NCBI RefSeq assembly: GCF_018350175.1
Contig: NC_058368.1
Coordinates: forward strand, 3,906,001 to 3,970,000
Length of the DNA: 64,000 nucleotides
From: Felis catus
Lineage: Eukaryota
Direction: 5' to 3'
Shown: in pieces, positions 27,618 to 39,647 of the stretch
How the letters are laid out: every line of letters starts with the position of its first letter
How positions within the stretch are numbered: position 1 is the first letter of the stretch
Position numbers and translations under genes: made by a program
Notes under the pieces: generated by a model
Databases searched by the model: none
The model's input: only the letters and a program-made list of their open reading frames with translations
What the model was told of the DNA's origin: nothing

Positions 27618-27629
27618 GTGTGTGATAAC

Positions 27630-28350
27630 TTTTTCCTTAATTGAGATATAATTCATAGATAACATTAGTTTCAGGTGAACAACATAATGATTTGATATCT
27701 GTATATATTGTGAAATGGTCCCCCGGTAAGTCTAGTTAATGTCGATCACCACACAGAAGTTTTTTTCTAGTGACAAGAACTTTTATTTTTTTATTTTAAT
27801 TGCAGTGTAGTTAACATACAATGTTTCTGTGTATGTGTGTGTGTGTGTGTGAACATAGGTTCTTTAATGTAGTGCTCTTTATCTGTTTATTTTTTAAAAA
27901 CTTTTAGTCAGTCACCATGTAGTACAATATTGGTAGTAGAATTCAGTGATCCGTGTTATGTTAGGTTCAAGATCTATTCTCTTAGCAACTTTCAAATATC
28001 CAATACGGCATTGTTAACTCTAGTCACCATGCTGTACATCATATCCCTAGGACTTAGGGATATTTTATAACTAAAAGTTTGTCCCTTTTGATGCCCTTCA
28101 CCCATTTTGCCCAACCCCATCTCCTGCCTCTGACAACCATCAGTATATTCTCTGTATCTATGAGTTTGGTTTCTTTTTTAGATTCTACATGTACGTAAGA
28201 TCACACAGTATTTGTCTTTCTGTGACTGACTTCACTTAGCATAATTCCCTCATGGTCCATCCATATTGTTGCCAATGGCAAGATTTCCTTCTTTTTATGG
28301 CTGAGTTATATTCCATTGCATATATAAATATCACATTTTCTTTATCCATT
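27630..28350 (-). mobile_element. L1 3'UTR fragments directly downstream of exon 5
   Basis: ttgagatataattcatagataacattagtttcagg...; cagtatttgtctttctgtgactgacttcacttagcata. Confidence 0.8.
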
Positions 28351-30078
28351 TATACGTAGGAACTCTTGAGAAAAACAAAATCCCGTAGAATACACTTCCA
28401 CAAAAGCATATTTTACTTTTGGCAAGTTTACTCTGGAAATTGTCAGGCAGGTAAGAAAAAGTAGTTGAATTTGTTGACTCTTCTTCATAATGTTTGTTTT
28501 TTTAATTCTTGATACTCTCCTGGAAGAATGAAATCCTCCTCATAACTCTTTGCTTACTCTTTTCTTCCACCATATGGTTACCCTTTATCTCTTTCCAATT
28601 AGGGTAACCCAAAGGCTTATAAATTCCTCTGTCATCTGTATGATATTCAAGTATCTCTTTTCCATATGGTTTTGCAAAAGAACTTTGTCTAGAGTTTCTT
28701 TTATTCTCATTGTATCAAGCACTTGGAGTCCTTCTATTGCTGCAAAAAACTGTCTCTCTTGGAAATAAAGATTGGGTGGGATTCTTATAAGAATCACTTT
28801 TAGGGCTGAAAAAAAAAGCAATTTTGTGAAAGAAAAAATGTCCAGAATGTGTGTGAAATTTACCTGCTGAGCTTCTATAAAAATGTAATGAGACAGTAGT
28901 TAAATTCATCCCAGCACTTTTCTGTACTATTCTGAAAAACAATGGCAACCTTATTCTCTCACACATTATTACCAAGACTCATAAATGAAAACTTCCTTAA
29001 GAAGCAGACTCAGGAGGCCGCCAAGATGGCAGAACAGCATGGAAGTTTTTTGTGTGTCCCGCGTCCATGAAACACAGCCAGACCAACACTAAACCATCCT
29101 GCACACCTAGAAAACTGATCTGAAGATTAACACAACAATATGTACAACCTAGACCACAGAATTCAGCAGGTATGCGGCACGGAGAGGAGAACTTGGGGAG
29201 AGAGAGGCCACGGAGGGCACAGAACTGCTTTTGCATGTGGAGAGAGGACGGAGACAGTGGGGAGAATACGGTAAAAGCACTCCCTGCCAAAAACAGCTGG
29301 AGAGAAAGTGGAAAATTGGAAACAGCCACAGGGACTAAACTAAAAAGGGAGAAAGGAGAGGGTTTAAATTCCATTAAGACTGTAAACAAGGGGACTGCAA
29401 ACAAGCTTGTAAACAAGCTGCAACTCCGCAGCTCCATACCTGGTGGTGCTTTGGTGGGAAGGACGAATCCCCGGGAGCAGAGTGGGATCTGAGCGGTTCT
29501 CAGGCCACGTGAGGAAAAGCGGTTCCACTGCTGGAAGGAGATTTGGTAGAGGCTGTGAGGCAACCTGGGCCCAGCAGACCCCAGAGAATGGCCACATTCG
29601 CTGGTGCTGGAACAAGATCGTTAAGGGTGAAGCCTGGTGCCAGGTGTGTGTTGTGATTGTCGGTAATCCCTGAAACACCTCTCAAACATTTTCTGGGGCG
29701 GGCTGGCACACAGCCGCAGTCTCTGGGCATTGGCAGCAGCAGGGTCCCGCAAACGTACCTGCCGTTGCTCGGTGAGACCCTCCCACAGAGGGGCGGAATG
29801 GGTCAAAGCTGCAGTCCTTCGGAAGTAAGAGGCCAGGGAAAACAACCGCATCTGAGATAAAACTCGGAAGAGAGGTACTGCCTGGGGCCTGGTCACAGAC
29901 AGTGAAAAACCGGGGAGTGAACGAGAGCTGAAGACAGAGGACGGGTGTGTGATTGCTGATTGGGAAGAACAGACTTCTGATACTAGAGACTGGGTAGCTG
30001 GGTGACGCCATTTTCACCGCTTCTGTGCATGCGCATATGCACCTACAAGCGCCACAACAATCCACCCCAGTAGGCTAG

Positions 30079-30096
30079 CAGCGCCATCTAGTGGAG
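30079..30096 (-). promoter_or_regulatory. CTCF consensus motif within L1 5'UTR
   Basis: Minus strand reads CCACTAGATGGCGCTG, matching the CTCF core CCACYAGRKGGCRS; motif match only, binding not shown. Confidence 0.6.
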
Positions 30097-30656
30097 AACG
30101 GAGACATTACACTGAGCCCGCCCAACTGGGCCAACCTCGCTCTTCAAGAATAGAAGTCTCACTGCCTGTTTGGTTTATGAATTATAAAGTGCTTCATAGT
30201 CTGGCTTCTAGGGGAAAACAAAGTAATTCCAGTCGTATTTCAGTCTGTTAGCAGATCCATCTATTCACTTTTCTTTATTTTTTCTTTTTTTCTCTTTTTC
30301 ATTTGTTTTCTTTTTCTTGAATACAGAAAGAGAAAAAATTCATTTTTATTTTCAATTTTCATTTAAAATACTTTTGTTTTTACTATATTTTTTACTTTTG
30401 TGTAAATTTTTTCAAATTCTATTTTACTTCCATCATTTCATTTTAGTCTACTTCAGTGTATTCATTTTTTCAAATTTTCAAAGGATTTCCTTTTTTTTCT
30501 TCTTTACCCTTTTTTCTCTAATCTTTCAAGCCCCTTTCAACACCCAGACCAAAACACACCTAGTATCTAGCATCATTTATTCAATGTTTGTGTGTGTGTT
30601 TTTAATTTTTTAATTTTAATTTTTTCTACCTCATTAATTCCTTTTCTGCCTTCCAA

Positions 30657-31534
30657 GTGACAAAATGAAAGAATACACCCCAAAAGAAAGAGCATGAAGA
30701 AACGACAACCAGGGACTTAACCAACGCAGATACAAGCAAGATGTCTGAACCAGAATTTAGAATCACGATAATAAGAATACTGGGTGGAGTCAAAAATAGA
30801 TTAGAATCCCTTTCTGTGGAGATAAGAGAAGTAAAACTAGTCAGGATGAAATAAAAAATGCTATAACTGAGCTGCAATCACAAACGGATGCCGCGGTGGC
30901 AAGGATGGATGAGGCAGAACAGAGAATCAGCGATATAGAGAACAAAGTTATGGAGAATAACGGAGCAGAAAAAAAGAGGGAGATTAAGACAAAAGAGCAT
31001 GATTTAAGAATTAGAGAAATCAGTGACTCATTAAAAAGGAACATCAGAATCATAGGGGTCCCAGAAGAGGAAGAGAGAGAAATAGGGGTAGAAGGGTTAT
31101 GTGAGCAAATCATAGCAGAAAACTTTCCTAACCTGGGGAAAGACACAGTCATCAAAATCTAGGAAGCATAGAGGACCCCTATTAGACTCAACAAAAACCG
31201 ACCATCAACAAGGCATATCATAGTCAAATTCACAAAATACTCAGGCAAGGAGAGAATCATGAAAGCAGCAAGGGAAAAAAAGTTCTTAACCTACAAGGGA
31301 AGACAGATCAGATTTGCAGCAGACCTATCCACAGAAACTTGGCAGACGAGAAAAGAGTGGCAGGATATATTCAATGTGCTGAATCAGAAAAATATGCAGC
31401 CAAGAGTTCTTTATCCAGCAAGGCTGTCATTCAAAACAGAAGGAGAGATAAAAACTTTCCCAGACAAACAAAAATTAAAGGAGTTTGTGACCACTAAACC
31501 AGCCCTGCAAGAAATCTTAAGGGGAATTCTCTGA
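30657..31534 (+). pseudogene. L1 ORF1p, disrupted
   Basis: Fragments RMDEAEQRISDIENK...NIRIIGVPEEEE and KGRQIRFAADLSTETWQ...YPARLSF...PALQEILRGIL. Putative start reads GTG ACA AAA TGA (early stop); further frameshift and stops follow, e.g. TAG ending at 31162. Confidence 0.92.
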
Positions 31535-31644
31535 GGGGAGAAAAGATGAAAAAATAAATGCATAAATAAATAAAGACCAAAAGAAATGAAGATTAGAAAG
31601 GACCAAAGAACACCACCAGAAACTCCAACTCTACAAGCAACATA

Positions 31645-34600
31645 ATGGCAATAAATTCATACCTTTCAGTACTCACTCTAAACATCAATGGACTCAGGGC
31701 TCCAATCAAAAGACATAGGGTAACAGAAAGGATAAGAAAACAAGATCCATCTATATGCTGTTTACAAGAGACCCACTTTAGACCTAAAGACACCTTCAGA
31801 TTGAAAGTAAGGGGATGGAGAACCATTTATCATGCTAATGGTCAACAAAAGAAAACTGGAGTAGCCATACTTATACCAGACAATCTAGACTTTAAAATAA
31901 ATACTGTATCAAGAAATGCAGAAGAGCATTATATCAAAATCAAGGGGTCTATCCACCAAGAAGACCTAACAATTGTAAACATTTATGCGCCAAATGTGGC
32001 AGCGCCCAAATATATAAATCACTTTATCACAAACATAAACTCGTTGATAGTAATACCATAATAGTAGGAGACTTCAACACCCCATTCATAGCAATAGACA
32101 GATCATCTAATCAAAATATCAAGAAGGAAACAATGGCTTTGAATGACACACTGGACCAGATGGACTTAACAGATATATTCAGAACATTTAATCCTAAAGC
32201 AGCAGAATATACATTCTTCTCCAGTGCACGTGGAACGTTCTCCAGAATAGACCATATACTGGGACACAAATCACCCTAAGTAAGAAAAAAATGATTGAGA
32301 TCATATCGTGCATATTTTCAGACCACAATGCTATGAAATTCGAAATCAACCACAAGAAAAAATTTGGAAAGGTAACAAATACTTGGAATCTGAAGAACAT
32401 CCTACTAAAGAATGAATGGGCTAACCAAGATGTTAAAGAGGAAATTAAAAAGTATATGGAAGCCAATGAAAATAACACCATAACACAACACAAAACCTCT
32501 GGGCCGCAGCAAAGACGGTCCTAAGAGGAAAGTATATAGCAATCCAGGCCTTCCTAAAGAAGGAAGAAAGATCTCAGATACACAACCTAACCTTATGCCT
32601 TAAGGAGCTGGAAAAAGAACAGCAAATAAAACCCAAAACCAGCAGAAGAGAGGAAATAATAAAGATTGGAACAGAAATTAATGCTATTGAAACCAAAAAC
32701 CAGTAGAAAAGATCAATGAAACCAGAAGCTGGTTCTTTGAAAGAATTAACAAAATTGATAAACCACTAGCCAGTTTGATCAAGAAGAAAAAGACCCAAAT
32801 AAATAAAATCAAGAATGAAAGAGGAGAGATCACAACCAACACAGCAGAAATAAAAACAATAATAAGAGAATATTATGAGCAATTATATGCCAATAAAATG
32901 GGCAATCTGGAAGAAATGGACAAATTCCTAGAAACATATACACTACCAAAACTGAAAAAGGAAGAAGTAGAAAATTTGAACAGACCCATAACCAGTAAGA
33001 AAATCGAATTAGTAATCAAAAATCTCCCAAAAAACAAGAGTCCAGGGCCAGATGGCTTTCCAGGGGAATTCTACCAAACATTTAAGTAAGGGTTAACACC
33101 TATTCTCTTGAAGCTGTTCCAAAAAATAGAAATGGAAGGAAAACTACCAAACTCGTTCTATGAAGCCAACATTACCTTGATTCCAAAACCAGACAGAGAC
33201 CCAACTAAAAAGGAGAACTATAGACCAATTTCCTGATGAACATGGATGCAAAAATCCTCAACAAGATAGTAGCCAACTGGCTCCAACAATACATTAGAAA
33301 ATTATTCACCACGACCAAGTGGGGTTTATACCTGGGATGCAGGGCTGGTTCAGTATCCACAAAACAATTAACATGATTCATCACATCAATAAAAGAAAGG
33401 ACAAGAACCATATGATCCTCTCAATAGGTGCAGAGAAAACATTTGACCAAATACAGTATCTTTCTGGGAAAAAAAACCCTCAAGAAAGTAGGGATAGAAG
33501 GATCATACTTAAAGATCATAAAAGCCATATATGAACAACCCAACTCTAAAATCATCCTCAATGGGGAAAAACTGAGAGCTTTCCCTCTAAGGTCAGGAAC
33601 AAGACAGGGATGTCCACTCTCCCCACTGTTATTCAACATAGTATTGGAAGTCTTGGCCTCTGCAATCAGACAACACAAAGAAACAAAAGGCATCCAGATT
33701 GGCCAGGAGGAGGTCAAACTTTCACTCTTCGCAGATGACATGATATTCTATATGGAAAACCCTAAAGATTCCACCAAAAAACTGCTAGAAGTGATTCATG
33801 AATTCAGCAAAGTTGCAGGATATAAAATCAATGCACAGAAATCCGTTGCATTCCTATACACCAATAGTGAAGCAACAGAAAGAGAAATCAAGGAATCGAT
33901 CCCATTTACAGTTGCACAAAAAACTATAAAATACCTAGGAATAAATCTAACCAAAGAGGTGAAAAATCTATATACTGAAAACTGTAGAAAGCTTATGAAA
34001 GAAATGGAAGAAGACACAAAAAAAATGGAAAAAGATTCCATGCTCCCAGATAGGAAGAACAAGTATTGTTAAAATGTTGATACTACCCAAATTAATCTAC
34101 ATATTCAATGCAATCCCTATCAAAATAACACCAGCATTCTTCACAGAGCTAGAACACATAATCCTAAAATTTGTATGGAACCAGAAAAGACCCCGAATAG
34201 CCAAAGCAATCTTGAAGAAGAAAACCAAGGCAGGAGGCATCACAATCCCAGACTTCAAGCTATACAATAAAGCTGTAATTATCAAGATAGTATGGTACTG
34301 GCACAAGAACAGACACTCAGATCAGTGGGACAGAATAGAGAACCCAGAAATGGACCCACAAATGTATGGCCAACTAATCTTTGACAAAGCAGGAAAGAAT
34401 ATCTAATGGAATAAAGACAGTCTCTTCAGCAAGTGGTGCTGGGAATACTGGACAGCGACATGCAGAAATATGAACCTAGACCACTTTCTCACACCGTACA
34501 CAAAAATAAACTCAAAATGGATGAAATATTAAATGTAAGACAGGAAGCCATCAAAATCCTCGAGTCGAAAGCAGGCAAAACCTCTTTGATCTTGGCCGCA

Positions 34601-35450
34601 GCAACTTCTTACTCAACACGTCTCCAGAGGCAAGGGAAACAAAAGCAAAAATGAACTATAGGGACCTCATCAAAATAAAAAGCTTCTGCACAGGGAAGAA
34701 AACAATCAGGAAACTAAAAGGCAACTGACAGAATGGGAGAAGATATTTGCAAACAGCATATCAGATAAAGGGTTAGTATCCAAAATCTATAAAGAACTTA
34801 TCAAACTCAACACCCAAAAAACAATCCAGTGAAGAAATGGGCAAAACACATGAATAGACACTTCTCCAAAGAAGAAATCCAGATGGCCAACCGATACATG
34901 AAAAATGCTCAACATCACTCAGCATCAGGGAAATACAAATCAAAACCACAATGAGATACCACCTCACACCTGTCAGAATGGCTAACATTAACAACTCGGG
35001 CAACAACAGATGTTGGCGAGGATGTGGAGAAAGAGGATCTCTTTTGCATTGTTGGTGGGAACGCAAGCTGGTGCAGCCACTCTGGAAAACAGTATGGAAG
35101 TTCCTCAAAAAATTAAAAATAGAACTACTCTATGACCCAGCAACTGCACTACTAGGTATTTATCCAAGGGGTACAAGTGTACTGTTTCAAAGGGACACAT
35201 GAACCCCCATGTTTATAGCAGCACTATCAACAGTAGCCAGAGTATGGAAAGAGCCCAAATGTCCATCAATAGATGAACGGATAAAGAAAGTGTGGTATAT
35301 ACATACATTCAATGGAGTATTACTCGGCAATCAAAAAGAATGAAATCTTGCCATTTGCAACCATGTGGATAGAACTGGAGGGTATTATGCTAAGCGAAAT
35401 TAGTCAGAGAAAGACAAATATCTATAACTTAACTCATATGAGGACTTTAA
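31645..35450 (+). pseudogene. L1 ORF2p (endonuclease, reverse transcriptase, Cys-rich domain), disrupted
   Basis: EN motifs LTLNINGL and [17 protein letters not shown] motifs [19 protein letters not shown] and YLG; CWRGC..HCWW knuckle. Split across at least 8 ORF-track fragments by stops and frameshifts. End coordinate approximate. Confidence 0.95.
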
Positions 35451-35925
35451 GAGACAAAACGGAGGAACATAAGGGAAGGGAAACAAAAATAATATAAAAA
35501 CAGGGAAGGGGACAAAGCATAAGAGACTCATAAATATGGAGAACAAACAGAGGGTTACTGGAGGGGTTGTGGGAGGAGGGGTGGGCTAAATGGGTAAGGG
35601 GCACTAAGGAATCTACTCCTGAAATCATTGTTGCACTCTATGCTAACTAATTTGGATATAAATTTAAAAAAATTAATTTTAAAAACTAACAAAGAAAACA
35701 TAGAAGCAGACTCAACCCTAGTATAAAGTCTTATGTAGTGTGTAACTCCTCACAAAACAAACTACAAGAATCATACCTATGTTGCAGCATATACTAAGGC
35801 AATAGGGTCTGTGGTTTTCTTACTAAAATAAAGGACATTAGGATCTATTTAAAGGACATTGATTGTTTCCTAATAAAGAAATGGCTAGAAAGTCCAAGTG
35901 CCTCAGTCATCAGAAATCTATCTCA

Positions 35926-36062
35926 GGGGTGCTGGGTGGCTCACAGTTCATGAGTTTGAGCCCTGTGTCAGGCTCCAGGCTGACAGAGGGAAGCCTGCTT
36001 GAGATTCCCACCCCTCCTCTGCCCCCTACCCTCAAAAATAAATAAATAACCTTCAAAAAAAA
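35926..36062 (+). mobile_element. Internally deleted SINEC
   Basis: ggggtgctgggtggctcacagttcatgagtttgagccc...aaaaataaataaa. Confidence 0.8.
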
Positions 36063-36484
36063 GAACTCTACTATTGCTAGTACAAAGTATATTGGCTTTT
36101 TAGATCTAGATTCTGTTCCTGTCTCAACGATTACTAGCCACATGACCTCAGGCAAGTTGATCTCTGTTGGCTGTTTCCTCATTTTTAAAAGCGGATTGAT
36201 GATCCCTACCATACTAACATTGCTAGATTAAGTGGATCAGTATATACAGAGGACAGCAGAGGTCTTGATAAAGTGTTATGGCACTGCAGGGCAACGAAAT
36301 CTGTAGGGAAAACAGCCTAAAAAACAGGAGAGATTGCTTCAAACCCAAGCCATCCGACACAGGGCATCCCTTAAGTGAAATTTTTCTTAGCGTAGGACTC
36401 CTTCCAGGCCTTGATGTTAATTTTAGTGGAAGAGGTGAAAAAAATTGATAAGCACCTATATTATTTATTACCTGCATGTATGTT

Positions 36485-36630
36485 TCAGAATCACCTGGAG
36501 GGCTTATTAAAATACATATTGTTGGGCTTCATTCCCCAAGTTTCTGATTCAGCAGGTGTGGAAAATCTGCATTTCCTATGAGTTGTCAGGTAATGCTGCT
36601 GTTCCAGGGACCACAGGCTGACAACCACTC
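36485..36630. mobile_element. MER5A-like hAT-Charlie MITE
   Basis: agaatcacctggagggcttattaaaa...tttctgattcagcaggt...aatctgcatttc...ccagggaccaca..tgacaaccact. Confidence 0.75.
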
Positions 36631-36720
36631 CCTACACTGATCTGACCGGAGTCAGTGGGAAAAACCTGTTGGTACCAGATAGATGCTCTCTCTGGCACAC
36701 ACATTTAAGTTAGCCTTTTT

Positions 36721-36930
36721 ATTTATTTTTCAATTTCTTTAATTTCTTTTTATTACTTGAGAGGCGGGGGGAGTTCGCACACCCAGGAGGGGCAGAGAGA
36801 GAGAATCCCAAGCAGGCTCCACGCTGCCCGCACAGACCCTGATGTGGGATTCGACCTCACAGACTGTGAGATCATGACCTGAACTGAAACCAGGAGTCAG
36901 ACGCTTAACCCACTGACCCACTCAGGCGCC
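36721..36930 (-). mobile_element. SINEC with 17-bp TSD
   Basis: TSD TTTAAGTTAGCCTTTTT at 36704-36720 and 36931-36947. Confidence 0.93.
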
Positions 36931-37307
36931 TTTAAGTTAGCCTTTTTAAAGATAAGTTATGTTCTTCTTCTTTTTCATAGTTATTTTTGTCGCGTATAGT
37001 TTTCTTCTAAGCCCCTCTGCTCCCCAGCGAAACTAACTGGGGCAAATATACTGTACCTGTAATTTCTGAATACTTTCCTTGTCATTATGCCTTTAAAACA
37101 ATACGGAGTTCTCCTCACCAGGGCAGCCAGGAGTGGTGACTGCATGAACAGTGACATTTCGACCCAGACCTTGACTCCTCTCAGCTTTTCAGTATGTTCT
37201 TAGCTTCCCTGAATTTGCAGTTAAAGCAATGCAGGGAGTCGTACAATTCTGACTTCTCTCCTTGTTTTTTTCTAAGGTCTGATTCCCTCTCTGTGTCATA
37301 TAACTTA

Positions 37308-37538
37308 AACTTTCTCAGCCTCAACACTACTGACGTTTAGGGCTGGATAGTATCTTTGGTATACGTGTGGGGGTATCTGTGCAATGCGGCGTATTCAGCA
37401 GCGTCCCTGACCTTCAGCCATCAATCCAGCAGCGTTCTTTCCCTGGGAGTTTTGATAACCAAAATGTCTCCAAACATCGCCGAAACTTTTCGGAAGGATG
37501 ACGGCGTTGCCAAATCACCTCTGGTTGAGAACCACCTG
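37308..37538. mobile_element. MER20-like hAT-Charlie MITE
   Basis: tttctcagcctcaacactactgacgtttagggctggata...accaaaatgtctccaaacatcgcc...ctggttgagaaccac. Confidence 0.8.
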
Positions 37539-38459
37539 TCTAACTTAACCCCACGCCGTTTCTCTGGACTTACGTTCACATTGCCTTCCTGTGTATTGCC
37601 AGCTAGAAATGAAGCTAAATGCCTATAGTACAAAATAATTAAGACACACTTCCTTTCACGTGACGTTTATATTTTAACTGGAGAGCTGTTACCACAAATT
37701 AATTGGTTGGACACAGTCTGCTAAGGATTGTAACAGATGTTTGGGCCAAGGGCTACAGGAGCAGCCTGGACAAGGACGTCAGTTGTGCCCGAGTGTGATG
37801 GAAAGAGACAAAGACTAGGTCGGACAGGGTTTCTCAAGGAAAGAGGGATTTGAGGTGGTCCTAGAGAAATGTCTAGAGGTTTGTCAGGAAGAAAAAGTAG
37901 GACTCATCGTTCTGAACAGAGTGTAGAGCGTGAAGGGCTATTGATAGACGATTGTTAAAAATAAGAGTGGATGACACTCTGAGAGCCAGACCGAGTTCCA
38001 GTCCCGGCTGCTCACGGAACAGCTATGTGACCTGGCTCATGTCTCACCTGTCCGCACTTCGCGACACATACAGCCCCACGCATCTCTACCCCGGGTCTTC
38101 CACTGACTGGAGGACAGCGGACAGAGCGCAACCAGGCAGAGACAGATTGGTCATGAAATTCGATTGTGACTCTTGCAAAAGATGCAGGGCTCCAGAAGCC
38201 AAAAGTGGTACAGAAACACTGGAGCCACTGACAAAACCAGTAACAAAAGAAGACCTGGGAAGTCAGACTTGCCGGCCGCTGAAGAAGTGAAAGTGAACCG
38301 AGAAGGTGACCTGGCGGGTACTCCAAAGATCAATAATGTTACTGATGGTCAAAAGATGACATTATTCACCTTTGGGAAGCGTGGCAGTGCCATCGGTTTG
38401 ACCGTCACGATGGTTTTACTGCCTCTGTAAACCTTGTGAACAATGTCATGTTGTGTCGC

Positions 38460-39076
38460 TGTGGTAGGCAAAATTCTAAGAATGAGACCCCCAGCGATCT
38501 TGCCCTTGTAAAATTACCTCACCTCTGAGCATGGAAGGAAGCTGTGAATATGATAAGATATCACTCCCGTGATTATGTTATTTCTGTGGCAAAAGGGAGT
38601 CCGTCTATCTGAGGATCCATTCTCGATGGCCTACTCTAATCACATGGGTTCTTTATAAGCAGAGAGTTTTCCGTGACTGGTGGTATACAGGGAAACCAGA
38701 GAATTTGAAGTGCTAAAAGGGTTCTCTGTTGCTATATGAAGACGGAGAGGGCCATGTGACAGGAAATGTGGCGCCTCTAGAATCTTAGGTGCTAGGCTGA
38801 CAGTGGGAAAATAGGGCCTCACCCCTAAAACCACGTGGAACTCTCTTCTGCCAACAGCCTGACTGGGCTTGGAACAAGATTCTTACCCAGAGACTCCAGA
38901 AAAGAGCCCTGCGTGGCTGACTCCTTGACTTTGCCCTCGTGATGCCTTGAGCATAAAATCCAACCAAGCCCACTGGGTAGGACTTCTGACCAAAGGACTG
39001 TGAGCTAACAAGTGGTTACTGTTTTAAGCAGTGAAGTTTGTCACAATTTGTGACACAGAAATAGAAAATTAATACA
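38460..39076 (+). mobile_element. MLT1 (E/F-like) solo LTR
   Basis: Begins TGTGGTAGGCAAAATTCTAAG and ends ATAGAAAATTAATACA (TG...CA); internal MaLR motifs. Confidence 0.8.
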
Positions 39077-39647
39077 GCCATCATATAATTCCAACTGTGT
39101 TGGAAAAAGTGCACCGCAGGACAAAACTTGAGTTATTCTTTGTTTATTTTCTGTGAATTCGTAGTTGTTATAGTTAGAACTAAGTTTTGTTAAATATAAA
39201 ATACAATAAGCATATTTTTATAAACATTAATTTTTAAAGATCAGTTTCCATTAAAGCTTCCTTCCACTACTTACTATAAAAGTTTGCTCTTGTTTTAAAT
39301 GGCTCCACTCCAGGTAGCCTTTGGAGTTTCCTGGAGCAGAAGCAGCAGTGGCTGAGAGCCAAGGAAAGAGAACTGATAGAGACAGAGCCAATTTCACTCT
39401 GGGGACTGGGAAAGAAAATTAAATGCTTTGCTTCACTTTTCTCTCTCCTGGTCTCTTGCATGACTGCCCAAAGCATAGGATTAAAGAGGAGAGATCAAGT
39501 GGTTCTTTATTTAACGTAGTACACTCCAAATATCTGACTGGTGCTAAATCCTGATCTTGACTCTTGCATAAAGAAATGGTTTCTTTCCATTACCTTTGTC
39601 TTCAGTACTCCAAGAATAAAATGAAACCTCTTTAATTCTTAAGCAGA

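Larger units (their letters stand above)
29013..35701 (+). mobile_element. Full-length (about 6.7 kb) carnivore/felid LINE-1, inactivated, sense to SGCG, in the intron between exons 5 and 6
   Basis: TSD AGAAGCAGACTCA at 29000-29012 and 35702-35714; GC-rich 5'UTR starting GGAGGCCGCCAAGATGGC; ORF1 and ORF2 fragments in order; 3'UTR and degraded A tail. Confidence 0.96.

Noticed and set aside
28470..28821. Minus-strand ORF with protein-like text (AAIEGLQVLDTMRIKETLDKVLL)
   Set aside because: I could not assign it to any family and saw no poly(A) or TSD. A tblastx search would be needed before calling a pseudogene.
29013..35701. Active (retrotransposition-competent) L1
   Set aside because: Multiple stops and frameshifts in both ORFs and a decayed tail.
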